Assembly: GCA_044349155.1 (NCBI GenBank)
Contig: JBIKRQ010000002.1
Location: 5,606 to 69,605, forward strand
Source: Myxococcota bacterium
GTDB lineage: Bacteria; Myxococcota; UBA727; VGSZ01
DNA: 64,000 bases
Reading direction: 5' to 3'
Positions within the stretch are counted from its first letter, which is position 1. Each line of letters starts with the position of its first letter. The position numbers and the translations under genes are program-made. A model generated the notes under the pieces. The model was not told where the DNA came from, did not search any database, and was given only the letters and a program-made list of their open reading frames with translations. Of this stretch, positions 40,638 through 51,070 are shown in pieces.

Positions 40638-41137
40638 CCGCCGCCATCACCGCCCACCGCCACGACGACACGCGCACCGTCGTCATCCAGCGTGCTTTCG
40701 CCGCCCCCATCGATCTCGTCTTTCGCGCCCACAGCGAGCCCGCACATCTGCGGCGGTGGTTTGGTCCGCCGGGCTACCCGCTCACGCGCTGCGACGTCGA
40801 CTTTCGCGTTGGTGGCCGCTTCACCTTCGCGATGACCGGCCCCGATGGCACGCAGAACCCGCCGTTTGGCGGCACGTATCTCGAGATCGAGCGGCCCTCG
40901 CGCATCGTCTACAACAACGGCTTCCTCGTCGACGGTGCTGACCCACAGCCCGAGCAACAGATGCGCGTCATCATCGACCTCGTTGCCGATGGTGCCCACA
41001 CCCGCCTCACCATGACGACGGTGTTTGGTTCGCCGGCCATGTACGCGGAGCACACGTCGCAGGGCTTCATCGAAGGCACGAGCGATGGCATCGAGCAGTT
41101 GGCCGACCTGTTGGCAGAGGTGCAGGTGCAGGCATGA
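40634..41137 (+). CDS. SRPBCC/AHSA1-domain protein
   Basis: RAFAAPIDLVFRAH, DFRVGGRF, GTYLEIERPSRIVY; ATGA coupling with the ArsR gene. Confidence 0.9.
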   Translation: MTAAITAHRHDDTRTVVIQRAFAAPIDLVFRAHSEPAHLRRWFGPPGYPLTRCDVDFRVGGRFTFAMTGPDGTQNPPFGGTYLEIERPSRIVYNNGFLVDGADPQPEQQMRVIIDLVADGAHTRLTMTTVFGSPAMYAEHTSQGFIEGTSDGIEQLADLLAEVQVQA

Positions 41138-41969
41138 CCACCCGCGAACCTGCAGTCACCTCGCGCGATGGCACGCGGCTGGGCGTGTCGGTGCTGGCCC
41201 CGGCATCGTCCTCGTCGACGGTGCGTTTTGTCATCGCGGCTTTGGGCCCATGCCGCAGCTCGCACCGCTGCTGGCGCAGCAGTTCACGGTGGTGCACCAC
41301 GATCGTCGCGGCCGCGGCACCACGGGGGCAGGCAACAGTGCCTGGTCGATCGAGCGCGAGATCGAAGACATCGAAGCCCTCGTTGAAGTGGCACGCCGCG
41401 AGAGCGGTCACGACGACGTCTGCCTGTACGGCACCTCATCGGGCGCGATGTTGGTGGCGCGTGCGGTGGCTGCTGGTGTGCGTGTGAAGAAGCTGGCGAT
41501 GCACGAACCTCCGCTCAGCCTCGACGGCACGCACTACCCGAAGCCCGCCGACTACATCGCGCAGATCGACGCGTTGCTGAAGAACAACGATCCCCTCGGT
41601 GCCTCGAAGTTGTTCCTCCGCGTCGTCGGTGTGCCGGCGTTTGCCGCGTTCATGATGATGCTGGTGCCGCCGGTGCGCCGGAACATGAGCTCGTGTGGGC
41701 CGACGTTGCCGCACGACTTCGCGATCCTCGGCGACACCCAACGTGGTTGCCCCATGCCCGCCGAGATCGTCGAGATGTTGGGACGTATCGCGGTGCCCAC
41801 GCTCACCATCGTTGGTGGCAAGAGCCCGGCCTACATGCACCACGCGGTCAAACGCGTCGGCGAGCTGGTGCAACAGCCAGTGCCCACCGTCGTCGCCGCG
41901 GGACAAGACCACAACATCGCGGCGAAGGCCGCAGCGCCGGTGTTGTCGTCGTTCTTTGCCGCTGCGTAA
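41134..41969 (+). pseudogene. Alpha/beta hydrolase, frameshifted near codon 20
   Basis: Coupled ATG 41134 reads MTTREPAVTSRDGTRLGVSV; the hydrolase body (GAGPGIVLVDGA, HDRRGRG, GTSSGA, GQDH) is in a different frame. Confidence 0.75.
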
Positions 41970-41987
41970 GTGCGAAATGGGCTGCGC

Positions 41988-42860
41988 TCAGACGAGCCAG
42001 CCCACCACCGTCAGCACCGTCGTCAGCAGCAGCAGTTGTGCGGTTTTGCCCAACAGTGGATTGAGGGCGGGGCCGTCGGTGGTCCACACCGCGCGCGTCG
42101 TCGTGACCGCTTTGGGGATCGCCAACAGCACCAGCAATGCGGCGGTGTGCCCCTGCTGCACACCGACGGCGATCGGCAGCGCCATCCCGACGACAACGCA
42201 CACCAGATACTCAACGCGCACGAAGCGCGGACCAAAGCGCACCGCCAGCGTCTTCTTGTTGGCACCCACGTCGGTGTGCCGATCGCGCAGGTTGTTCACG
42301 ACGAGGATCGCGGTCGACAACAAACCCGGCGAGAGCCCAACGATCACCGCGGGCCAAGACAGCTGCAACGTCTGCACGTACACGGTGCCCGCCACAGCGA
42401 CGGGGCCGAAGAACACGAGCACGAACACATCGCCCAGGCCGAGGTAGCCCAGCGGCTTTGGCCCGCCCGTGTACAGCACGCCCGACAGCACCGACAGCAC
42501 GCCGATGACGACGACAGGCCAGCCGCCGCGCCACACCAGGTACGTGCCAAACACCACGGCGACCGCGAAGGCGATGATGAACGCGGTGCGCATCGTGCTC
42601 GGCGCCACGAGCCCCGCCTGCGTGGCGCGTCGGGGGCCCACGCGCTCCTCGGTGTCAGCGCCATTTTTGAAGTCGAAGTAGTCGTTGGCGTAGTCGGTGC
42701 CGACCTTGATCGCCAACGCGCCGCAGATGGCACACAGGGCCGCGACGAGGTGAAAGCCGCCTTCGCTGACGGCCACGGCCACGCCCAGCAGCACCGGCGC
42801 AATCGCCGCGGGCAGGGTGCGTGGACGCGCGGCCTCGAAGAAAATCGCTGCGGTGTTCAT
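41988..42860 (-). CDS. menA: 1,4-dihydroxy-2-naphthoate polyprenyltransferase
   Basis: ARPRTLPAA, ANDYFD..GAD, YTGGP, NNLRD...D...KKTLAVR. Confidence 0.95.
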   Translation of the reverse strand: MNTAAIFFEAARPRTLPAAIAPVLLGVAVAVSEGGFHLVAALCAICGALAIKVGTDYANDYFDFKNGADTEERVGPRRATQAGLVAPSTMRTAFIIAFAVAVVFGTYLVWRGGWPVVVIGVLSVLSGVLYTGGPKPLGYLGLGDVFVLVFFGPVAVAGTVYVQTLQLSWPAVIVGLSPGLLSTAILVVNNLRDRHTDVGANKKTLAVRFGPRFVRVEYLVCVVVGMALPIAVGVQQGHTAALLVLLAIPKAVTTTRAVWTTDGPALNPLLGKTAQLLLLTTVLTVVGWLV

Positions 42861-42865
42861 TCGCT

Positions 42866-43630
42866 TCACCCGTTGATCACGTCGACGATCGCTTGCGGCG
42901 CCAACAGCGGCAGCGCATGCCCCACACCAGCAACACGGTGCAGCCGCGCACGCGCCCCCAGCAGCGACGTCAAGCGTTCGCCCGCGGCCACATAGGGCGC
43001 ATCGAGCGCACCCACCACCAAGTCGACGCGGATGTCGTTCCGCAACTGTGTCACCCGCGACCACAACGACGGCATGCGCGCCACCGACAACCCCCGCTGC
43101 CAATGGGCCCGCGTCGCGGTGAAGGCCAGCGCACGACGCTGACGCGCGGCCAACCACGTGGGCATCTCTGTGTGCTGTTGCAGGTCGGCAAACATCGGCA
43201 GCTGCCAGAAGTTGGCGAGAAAGCGCGCAGGATCGCTCTGCAGTTCGGCAGCGCGTTCGTCGTCGACAGCGCAGCGGCGGTCGCGCTCACCAGGCTCGGC
43301 CGCATCGTCGATGCCCGCCGTCCCCGACACCAGCACCAGCCGATCCACCTGCTCGCACCACACCGCACGCAACAGCACGGTGGCCAACGCGAGCCGCGCG
43401 CCAAGCGAGTAGCCCACCAACGTGATCGGGCCCTTCACGCGGGCCAACTGCTCAGCGATGCGATCCAGCGCGACGGTGAACAGGTCGTCGACGTCGATGC
43501 TCACGTCAGCACTGTCGAGCACATCGCCATGGCCGGGCAGATCGAAGGCCGCGGTGTTCAGCACCGACGCGCGCAGCGTGTGCCAGTCCGACGCCGCACC
43601 ATGCGAGCCATGCAACAACACCACCGTCAC
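42866..43630 (-). CDS. menH: SHCHC synthase
   Basis: LLHG, DLPGHG, GYSLGAR, GVGH; GTGA overlap with menD. Confidence 0.85.
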   Translation of the reverse strand: MTVVLLHGSHGAASDWHTLRASVLNTAAFDLPGHGDVLDSADVSIDVDDLFTVALDRIAEQLARVKGPITLVGYSLGARLALATVLLRAVWCEQVDRLVLVSGTAGIDDAAEPGERDRRCAVDDERAAELQSDPARFLANFWQLPMFADLQQHTEMPTWLAARQRRALAFTATRAHWQRGLSVARMPSLWSRVTQLRNDIRVDLVVGALDAPYVAAGERLTSLLGARARLHRVAGVGHALPLLAPQAIVDVING

Positions 43631-45399
43631 AGCAGCCCCTCCGGCTGTTTCCACGTCGACAACACTGCATCACACGCCGCCGCCACCGCCGCATCGAGCT
43701 GCTGGTGCAGCACCACGTTGTCTGCCCGCACCGTGCACACTTCGATGAGTTCAGGACGCGTTGGTGCCTGTGTCAGTAGGGCGGTCAACGTCGACACATC
43801 GCTCACCACGCGGGTGGTCATGCCCATGCCGGCGGCGATCTTCGCGAGCGAAAACGTGTGCGGCGTATCGAAGTAGCGCTCGACCAGGTCGCGGCTCGCA
43901 CCGGCCACAGGCAGGAACGAGAAGATCCCCCCACCGCCATTATTGACGACGACGATCCGCACCGGCGCCTGCGCCTGCTGCGTCGCCGCAATGCCGCCCA
44001 GGTCGTGCAAGCTCGCGAGGTCGCCCACAAACGCCGTCGTCGGCCGCTTCGACGCCAGGCACGCACCAAGCGCGGTAGCGATGGTGCCGTCGATGCCCGA
44101 CACGCCACGGTTCGTGATCACGACGACGTCGTCGGCCACGCGACGCGCGTAGCGGTCGGCATCACGCACCGGCATGCTGTTGCCCAACAACACCACTTCG
44201 CCCGCGCGCAGCGTCGACAACACCGTGCGCGCCACCGTGGGCTCGGTGAGCCCCGCCGTCTCCAGCACGTCGTCGACCGCACGACCAACGCGCTGTTGCA
44301 GTGCCTGCACCAGCGGCGTCAACGACGAGCGGTGGATGCGGTTGGTCATCACCTTCGGCCACTGTCGCGCGGGCACGACAGCCACAACGTCGACGCGGCC
44401 CTCTGGATCGCGCACCCGCACACCACTGCGCAGTTGCACCACAGGGGTGCTGCGCGGCAGACCAGCGATGAAGCGTTGGCCGGTTTCCTCGGTGAGCGTG
44501 CCGCCAATCCACAACACCACGTCGGGGCACAGCGTCGTCGACAACGCCTTCACCACCGCGCCATGGCGCAACGCGGTTGATGGCAGCACCACACCGCCCA
44601 CGTCTTCGGCGCGCAAGCCACTCGTCACGTCGAGCACCACGGGCCAGCGCAACGACGACAACGCTTGTGCTGCGAAGCCGCGATCGCCCACTGGCAGTGC
44701 GCCACACACCACGAGAGCCCGCTGCTTCTCGAACAGCGCGCTGCGCAGGATGTTGAAAGTGTCTTCGTTGTTGTCGTCGTCGTGAGCGTCGTCGACGGCG
44801 GCGTGCTTCGTCGATGTGCACTGATGCGCAGCTGCGGGTTCAAGCGGTTTGCTGAAACGCACGTTCACGTGCACCGGGCCGCGGGCCGCACCATGCAGGT
44901 GGTGCAAGCCGACGTGGAGGTCGTTGTCGTCGTCGTGGCGCGTGCGCACCGACTCCGACGGGGCTGCAAGGTCCACCACCGCACGACACGGACCAGCCAA
45001 CAACGGCGGTTGGTGCAGCGTTTGGTTGGCACCGGTGTTGATCAGGCTGTGGGGGCGATCGGCGGTCACCGCCACCCACGGCAGTTCGTCGGCGTCGGCT
45101 TCGCAGGCAGCAGGCAACAGGTTGGCCACCGCGGTGCCCGACGTCGTCACGATCGCCGCAGTCACACCAATGTGGGCCGCACCCACCGCCGCAAAACCCG
45201 CGACGCGCTCATCGATGAGCACCGTGGTCGTCGTGCGCGCACGTTGCAGCGCAAACACCAGCGGCGTGCTGCGTGAACCCGGGCAGACAAACACGTGCTC
45301 AACACCGTGGGCTGCAATGGCCGCAACCACGTCGTCAGCACGGTCGGCGTTTCGTTGGCGGACCTCGTCGATGCGATCTGCGCCGGGCACGTCGCTCAT
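43627..45399 (-). CDS. menD: SEPHCHC synthase
   Basis: CPGSRSTPL, DERVAGF, TSGTAVAN, TADRP, GNSMPVRD, NRGVSGIDG, GDL...NNGGGGIF. Confidence 0.95.
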   Translation of the reverse strand: MSDVPGADRIDEVRQRNADRADDVVAAIAAHGVEHVFVCPGSRSTPLVFALQRARTTTTVLIDERVAGFAAVGAAHIGVTAAIVTTSGTAVANLLPAACEADADELPWVAVTADRPHSLINTGANQTLHQPPLLAGPCRAVVDLAAPSESVRTRHDDDNDLHVGLHHLHGAARGPVHVNVRFSKPLEPAAAHQCTSTKHAAVDDAHDDDNNEDTFNILRSALFEKQRALVVCGALPVGDRGFAAQALSSLRWPVVLDVTSGLRAEDVGGVVLPSTALRHGAVVKALSTTLCPDVVLWIGGTLTEETGQRFIAGLPRSTPVVQLRSGVRVRDPEGRVDVVAVVPARQWPKVMTNRIHRSSLTPLVQALQQRVGRAVDDVLETAGLTEPTVARTVLSTLRAGEVVLLGNSMPVRDADRYARRVADDVVVITNRGVSGIDGTIATALGACLASKRPTTAFVGDLASLHDLGGIAATQQAQAPVRIVVVNNGGGGIFSFLPVAGASRDLVERYFDTPHTFSLAKIAAGMGMTTRVVSDVSTLTALLTQAPTRPELIEVCTVRADNVVLHQQLDAAVAAACDAVLSTWKQPEGLL

Positions 45400-46754
45400 C
45401 GCCTGGCCCCCATCACCTCAGCGACAACGTCGAGCACCAGGCTCGACTTCTTCTCGAGCTCGAGCCATTCGCGCGCCGGTTCAGCGCCGGCCACCAGGCC
45501 GCCACCAGCGAACACGTCGACGACACCATCGTGGCTGCTGCCACAGCGCAGGGCCACCGTGAGGTGTTCGCCGTCGTCGTCGGCCACGCCAACAAAGCCG
45601 GCGTACAAGCCGCGCTCAAACGGCTCGAGCTGCGCAATCACCTCGACGGCCTCGGCGCGTGGTGTGCCGGCCACAGCGGGCGTTGGGTGCAGGCGCGAAA
45701 ACACGGGGGCGGCGTGCAACAGCTCGGCGTGAATCGGGGTGTGCAAATGCTGCACGCGACCCAGACGCACAATCTCCGGACCCGCAGGCACGTCGAGGCG
45801 CCGGCTCACGGGCTGCAGGGCTGCGACGATTGCATCGACCACCGCAGCGTGCTCGCGGCGCTCTTTGCCGTCTTCGCGCAGGCGGGCGGCCAACGCATCG
45901 TCGTCGTCACGGGTGCTGCCGCGCGGGGCGGTGCCGGCCAACGCATCCACATCGAGCGACGTCTTCGTGCGCACACACAAGCGCTCGGGGGAGCAGCCGA
46001 AGAAGGCATCGCCGTCGCTGTTGACGACGAGATAGGCCATGCCGCGCTGCTCTTTGGCCAGCAGTCCACGCAACACCGCGACGTGTTGGTGCGCCTCGAG
46101 TGCGCCGGTCTGCAACGTCGTCTTGCGCGCGAGCACGACCTTCTCGACGTCGCCACGGGCAAATGCCGCGAGCGCTGCCTGCACAGCCACAGCATGCTCT
46201 GCCTGGTCGGGGGCATCGGTGCGCAGCAGCGTGGTCGTTGCGGTTGGCGCGGTCGTCGTGGTCGTGCGGGCAACCATCGCCTGCAGCACCGTCGTCAAGC
46301 GCGCGATCGTCGTCGAGGTGGCTCCTGCGAGGTCAACACCGAGCACCGCGTGGCTGCTGCCCGTGCGCTGCTGCAGCCACAAGCGTGGCGCCCACACCGT
46401 GCGCGTGGGGCGCGCAGCACGAAACGGCACCGCGACGACGAGCCGGCGCCCCGGATGCCCGTGCAACAAGCGCGCGATGGCCTGCTCGGCAGCAAGGGCA
46501 GAGCCGTCGTTGTCAGCCCGCGCATCGTTCACGACGTCGAAGCCGACGAAGAAGCTGCCGCGGTTGCTGTCGATCTCGCCCGCAGCCAGATGCGCAAAAC
46601 GCTCGCCGCCGCACGGTGCCGTGGCGTCGAGCACGTCGAGGAGGGTGGCCACGGGCAGGCGGCCGACGAGGTCGATGGTGCACACGCCCGAGGCGCCGTC
46701 GTGCAGGCGACGCAACAACCGGTGGGCGGCGTCGACGACGGCGGGGTCGGTCAT
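45396..46754 (-). CDS. menF: Isochorismate synthase
   Basis: EKVVLAR, FFGCSPE, ALAGT, KERREH, LHPTPAVAG, RGLYAG, VALRC, AGGGLV. Confidence 0.9.
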   Translation of the reverse strand: MTDPAVVDAAHRLLRRLHDGASGVCTIDLVGRLPVATLLDVLDATAPCGGERFAHLAAGEIDSNRGSFFVGFDVVNDARADNDGSALAAEQAIARLLHGHPGRRLVVAVPFRAARPTRTVWAPRLWLQQRTGSSHAVLGVDLAGATSTTIARLTTVLQAMVARTTTTTAPTATTTLLRTDAPDQAEHAVAVQAALAAFARGDVEKVVLARKTTLQTGALEAHQHVAVLRGLLAKEQRGMAYLVVNSDGDAFFGCSPERLCVRTKTSLDVDALAGTAPRGSTRDDDDALAARLREDGKERREHAAVVDAIVAALQPVSRRLDVPAGPEIVRLGRVQHLHTPIHAELLHAAPVFSRLHPTPAVAGTPRAEAVEVIAQLEPFERGLYAGFVGVADDDGEHLTVALRCGSSHDGVVDVFAGGGLVAGAEPAREWLELEKKSSLVLDVVAEVMGARR

Positions 46755-47521
46755 GTGGCGTCTTTCGGGCGGGTGCCGCGGTACAGGGTGACTGCACCAA
46801 AGGTGAGGGGCTCAAAGCCCACGTCGACAAAGCCTGCCTGTTTCAGCACGTCGGCGAAAGCATCGCCCGCCGGAAAGCTGCTGATGGTTTCGTCGAGGTA
46901 CTGGTAGGCGCTCGTGTCACCGGCGAGCAGGCCGCCAATCTTTGGCAGAATGCGTCGACGGTACAGGCGATACACCGGCCCAAACACCGCACCCTGCGGC
47001 TCAGAAAACTCGAGCACCAAAATGCTGCCGCCCGGCTTCAGCGTGTGCAGCATCGAGCGCAGGCCCAGCAGCGTGTCGCCCACGTTGCGGATACCAAACG
47101 AGATGGTGACGACGTCGAAATCGACATACGCCGACAGCTCACGCGCATCGCCGGTGTGCAGCTGCACGCGATCCTGCAGGCTGGCTTTGCTCACCTTGGT
47201 GCGGCCGTGGGCCAGCATGCCCGTCGACACGTCGACGCCGACCACTTCCTTCACGCGCGCATCGTGCGCCATCGCGATCGCGAGGTCGGCGGTCCCCGTC
47301 GCCACGTCGAGCACGCGCAGCGAGGCCGGTGCCGCCGCGGGCAACCGCGCGAGCAGGCGTTGGCGCCAACCCACATCCAGGCGCATCGACAACACGCGGT
47401 TGGCGAGGTCGTAGCGGGCGGCAATGCCGTCGAACATGGTGTCGACGTGATCGCGCGACGGACCAGGAGGCACCATCGCCGTCGACGTCATCGAACTGGT
47501 TTGCAGCTGTTGCTCGCTCAT
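46751..47521 (-). CDS. ubiE: Demethylmenaquinone methyltransferase (UbiE/MenG)
   Basis: MFDGIAARYDLANRVLS, LDVATGTADL, SFGIRNV, LKPGG...LEFS, AYQYL..TI..FP. Confidence 0.93.
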   Translation of the reverse strand: MSEQQLQTSSMTSTAMVPPGPSRDHVDTMFDGIAARYDLANRVLSMRLDVGWRQRLLARLPAAAPASLRVLDVATGTADLAIAMAHDARVKEVVGVDVSTGMLAHGRTKVSKASLQDRVQLHTGDARELSAYVDFDVVTISFGIRNVGDTLLGLRSMLHTLKPGGSILVLEFSEPQGAVFGPVYRLYRRRILPKIGGLLAGDTSAYQYLDETISSFPAGDAFADVLKQAGFVDVGFEPLTFGAVTLYRGTRPKDAT

Positions 47522-48534
47522 CGCGCCACCTCGAAGGTTCGGCCGAACGCGGGCGCCATCGCCTTCAACTGGGCGAGCAACGCGGCAAAGCCAGCGACGT
47601 CGAGGGCCTGGTGGCCATCGCTCTTGGCCTCGTGGGGCGCGTCGTGCACCTCGACGATGATGCCGTCGGCCCCGGCAGCAATGCCCGCGAGGGCCAGCGG
47701 TGCCACCATCTTCGGGTCGCCCGCGGCGTGCGACGGATCGACAATCACCGGCAGGCGGCTTTTGAGCTTGAGCCACGCGATCGCCGCGACGTCGAGGGTG
47801 AAGCGCGTGTGCTGCTCGAAGGTGCGAATGCCGCGCTCACACAAAATCACCGACTCGTTGCCCGCCGCCATGATGTGTTCAGCGCTGCCGAGCAATTCGT
47901 CGGCGGTGGTGCCAAAGCCGCGCTTGAGCAGCACCGGCACGCGCGTTTCGCCCACGGCCTTCAGCAGCGCGAAGTTCTGCATGTTGCGCGCGCCAATCTG
48001 CAGGCAGTCGGCACGGCTGGCGACGGCGTCGACGTCGGCGGGGCTCACCACTTCGGTGAACACGGGGCGCCCGGTTTTCTCGCGCGCGGTCGCCAACAGC
48101 TCGAGACCCGCACGCCCCAGGCCCTGAAAGCTGTAGGGGCTCGTGCGCGGCTTGTACGCACCACCGCGCAACGCATGGGCGCCAGCAGCGACGACGGCGT
48201 CGGTGATGCGCGCGGTCTGCTCGGGGGTTTCCACCGCGCACGGCCCGGCAATCACAATCAAGCCAGAGCCACCCACGTCGACGTTGCCCACCTTCACGGT
48301 GCGCGGTCCGCTCAACACGTTCGAGGCCAACGGCCACGCGGGCGCTTTGCGGTGCACGGCGACGACGTCGGCTGCAGCACGACAGCGTTCGGCGAGGGCA
48401 TCGTTGTCGGTGAGCAGCAGGGCGGGAATCGAGCCCTGCAGCGTGACCACGTCGACGCCGTCAGCGTGCAGCCGCGCTGCAAGGGCCACTGCTGCATCCG
48501 CGTTGCGAGAAACCACGACCATCCTGGCTGCCAT
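47518..48534 (-). CDS. aroF: DAHP synthase, type I-beta
   Basis: IAGPCAVE, RGGAYKPRTSPYSFQG, QIGARNMQNF, LCERGIRTFE, VDPSH, IVEVH. Confidence 0.95.
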   Translation of the reverse strand: MAARMVVVSRNADAAVALAARLHADGVDVVTLQGSIPALLLTDNDALAERCRAAADVVAVHRKAPAWPLASNVLSGPRTVKVGNVDVGGSGLIVIAGPCAVETPEQTARITDAVVAAGAHALRGGAYKPRTSPYSFQGLGRAGLELLATAREKTGRPVFTEVVSPADVDAVASRADCLQIGARNMQNFALLKAVGETRVPVLLKRGFGTTADELLGSAEHIMAAGNESVILCERGIRTFEQHTRFTLDVAAIAWLKLKSRLPVIVDPSHAAGDPKMVAPLALAGIAAGADGIIVEVHDAPHEAKSDGHQALDVAGFAALLAQLKAMAPAFGRTFEVAR

Positions 48535-48566
48535 GGCTGCCTTCCGCTGGTCACGCCAGCTTTACG

Positions 48567-48584
48567 GTTCAAGACGTTCTGAAC
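48567..48584. promoter_or_regulatory. Candidate operator upstream of the aroF-men operon
   Basis: GTTCA-agacgttc-TGAAC inverted repeat 33-50 bp upstream of the aroF start. Confidence 0.35.
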
Positions 48585-48691
48585 TCTCATGTAGCGAAGA
48601 GGGTCGGGGCCGTCCACAGCGACGTGACGCGGCGCTGGATCCGCGTCGTGTACCCACATGTGGTCTGCAGACCTACAAGCCCCGCAGACCT

Positions 48692-50017
48692 TCAGCGAAC
48701 AACGTTGGTCAGCGCCACGGTGCGCGTGATCGAGCCGGTCACCGTGTCCCAGACGACGATGTCGGCGCCCTCGTTGAGTCCGGCCAGCTGAAGGCGATCG
48801 TGAACGATTGGGGCGTCTTCGGCTGCAATCACCGCGCGTGTGTGCACTGCTTCGTCGCCGTCCTCGTCCCAGACCCATTGCTCGACCAGGTACACCTTGC
48901 CGAGTGCCGCTCCGTTGCCTTTGGCGCGCACATGAACGCTGACGAGTTCGTTGGGATGCACCACGTCCTTCGGCACGGTGAGCGGCTTCGCGATGGCCGC
49001 CGTCGTCGTCGCCGCGCGGCAGCCGCCCTGGTGCTTGAGCTTGCACGCCTTGACGAACGCTTCGTCGGCGGTCGCCTCAAACGCACCAGTGGCTTCGGCA
49101 ACGTTGGCCACGCCATAGGCGAAACAGGCGACCGCATCGTCGCCGCGGCACGCGTCGACGAGCTTCTCGTTGATGCCACGGGCCGGACGGAATTCGTCGG
49201 AGCCCAGAGCGAGGACTGCGTTGATGCACGAGGCGAGCGGCCCATTGCCACGGTCACATTTCTGGAGGTCCTGCTCGGTGCAGATCCTGCCACCCACGAC
49301 GGTGCACAACCTGGCCTGCACTGCCGAGGCAACGCTTGGCACCTCGTCGAGCTTGAGGAAGTGGAGTGCCCGACAGGCGCCGTCGTCTGGCTTGCTACAC
49401 GCGGGGAGGCTGGCGTTGACGACCTCAGCAAACGCCTGTGTCGCTTGCGACTTCTGCTGCAGTGTCTTCGCGCCGCGAATGCGGCTCGCGGCGGTCGCGA
49501 GGATGTCCACGCAGGCGTTGGCGTCTTTGCGACACGCGACGAGGGCGCGACTCCACGCGCTCTCGGCGAGGTTCGGCTCGTTGAGTCCCGTCGCTGCCGC
49601 CGTGCACAGCCTGACCATGTCGCCCCAGTCCGCGCAGCGAAACGGGGAGCACGAAGGCACCCCTGCTGAGCAGTAGGCGCGGCTGGCTGCACGTGTCGAC
49701 AGTGCGAACGGTGCTGGTGTGCTTCGCCATGCGGATGCCGCGATAAGCCCGCAGATCGTCGTGTCGCCTCGCTCACATCGTGGTGTCAGTCGCGCTACCG
49801 CGTCAGTCGCGTCGTCAGTGCGAGAGGTGAGCAGGATGATGGCCAGCTCATCGCACGTCTTGTCGTCGAGGACGCAGGCGCGGGCGGCCGCAGGTCGATC
49901 CCACAACTCGTGCGCCAGCCATGTGCACGCTGCCACGTCGTTCTTCTCGCAGGCGATCGAGCACGTGAAGGCTGAGTTGCACACCGCGAGCGGCAAAAGC
50001 AGGAGCAGCGAAAGCAT
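48692..50017 (-). CDS. Secreted Cys-rich Sel1/Hcp-like repeat protein
   Basis: Signal peptide; repeated AC-x(5-6)-C units (ACEKNDVAAC, ACRGDDAVAC, ACKLKHQGGC). Confidence 0.6.
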   Translation of the reverse strand: MLSLLLLLPLAVCNSAFTCSIACEKNDVAACTWLAHELWDRPAAARACVLDDKTCDELAIILLTSRTDDATDAVARLTPRCERGDTTICGLIAASAWRSTPAPFALSTRAASRAYCSAGVPSCSPFRCADWGDMVRLCTAAATGLNEPNLAESAWSRALVACRKDANACVDILATAASRIRGAKTLQQKSQATQAFAEVVNASLPACSKPDDGACRALHFLKLDEVPSVASAVQARLCTVVGGRICTEQDLQKCDRGNGPLASCINAVLALGSDEFRPARGINEKLVDACRGDDAVACFAYGVANVAEATGAFEATADEAFVKACKLKHQGGCRAATTTAAIAKPLTVPKDVVHPNELVSVHVRAKGNGAALGKVYLVEQWVWDEDGDEAVHTRAVIAAEDAPIVHDRLQLAGLNEGADIVVWDTVTGSITRTVALTNVVR

Positions 50018-50117
50018 CACGCGTCGATGTCTTGACGTTGTGCGCTGGTCAACCATGTGTGCGCCGGGTGTTGCAGCACCGACGCAACAGACGCACACAA
50101 AGCACACGAGGTGTTCG

Positions 50118-50960
50118 ATGTCGGTTGATGTGTCTGCGGCTCGCGGTCGTTCGTTTGTGGTCACCGGAGGCAACACCGGCATTGGCCGCGCCACGGTGGA
50201 AGCGCTCGTCGGTGCTGGTGCTCGCGTGCTGTTGGCGGCGCGCTCGTCAGAAAAAACGCTGCCCGTGATTGCAGCGATCAAAGCCGCACACCCACAAGCA
50301 GACCTCGACTTCCTGCAGCTCGATCTCGCCGACTTCGACAGCGTTCGTCGCGCCGCCGCTGAACTGCTCGCCACCGATCGTCCCGTCGATGTGCTCATCA
50401 ACAACGCAGGACTCGCTGGCAGCAAGGGCATGACGAAGCAGGGCCTCGAACTCACCGTGGGCACCAATCACTTTGGCCCGTACTTGTTCACGCAGCTCGT
50501 GCTGCCGCGGCTGCTGTTGTCGTCGTCACCGCGCATCGTGAATGTCGCGAGCGAGGCCCACTACAACGCCAAGCGCATCGACTTCGACGCAATCCACAAG
50601 CCGGCAACATCGACCGCCGCGTTTGGCGAATACGGCGTGAGCAAGTTGATGAACGTGCTGCACGCCAAGGCGTTGGCGCGTCGTCATTCTTCTGTCGTGA
50701 CCGCGTCGTTGCACCCAGGTGTGGTCGCGTCGGATGTGTGGCGCGAGCTGCCATCGCTGCTGCAGAAGGTGGCGAAGCTGTTCATGATCACCAACGAGCA
50801 GGGCGCGCAAACCTCGTTGTTTTGCGCGACATCGTCGTCGGTGACGACGAGCGGCCGCTACTGGGACAAGTGCCGCGAGAAGCGACCAAACCGCCTCGCT
50901 GATGATGAGGCGTTGCAGGACAAGTTGATGGAAGTGAGTGCGCAACTCACCGGTGCGTGA
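50118..50960 (+). CDS. Short-chain dehydrogenase/reductase (retinol dehydrogenase/WWOX-like)
   Basis: TGGNTGIG, LINNAG, NHFG, YGVSK, LHPGVV. Confidence 0.93.
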   Translation: MSVDVSAARGRSFVVTGGNTGIGRATVEALVGAGARVLLAARSSEKTLPVIAAIKAAHPQADLDFLQLDLADFDSVRRAAAELLATDRPVDVLINNAGLAGSKGMTKQGLELTVGTNHFGPYLFTQLVLPRLLLSSSPRIVNVASEAHYNAKRIDFDAIHKPATSTAAFGEYGVSKLMNVLHAKALARRHSSVVTASLHPGVVASDVWRELPSLLQKVAKLFMITNEQGAQTSLFCATSSSVTTSGRYWDKCREKRPNRLADDEALQDKLMEVSAQLTGA

Positions 50961-51070
50961 GTCCGTGGATGTGCGCGCGTGTCGGTCGTTGTCGTCGACG
51001 ATGATGGTGTGATCGCGCGCGCTTGCGAGATCGCGCTTCAGTTTGTTCGGGCGCACGCGATGGCCACCAT

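Noticed and set aside
48312-48590. Trp-containing ORF overlapping the aroF start as an attenuator leader
   Set aside because: The Trp codons arise from an off-frame reading of aroF; no short leader or terminator architecture seen.
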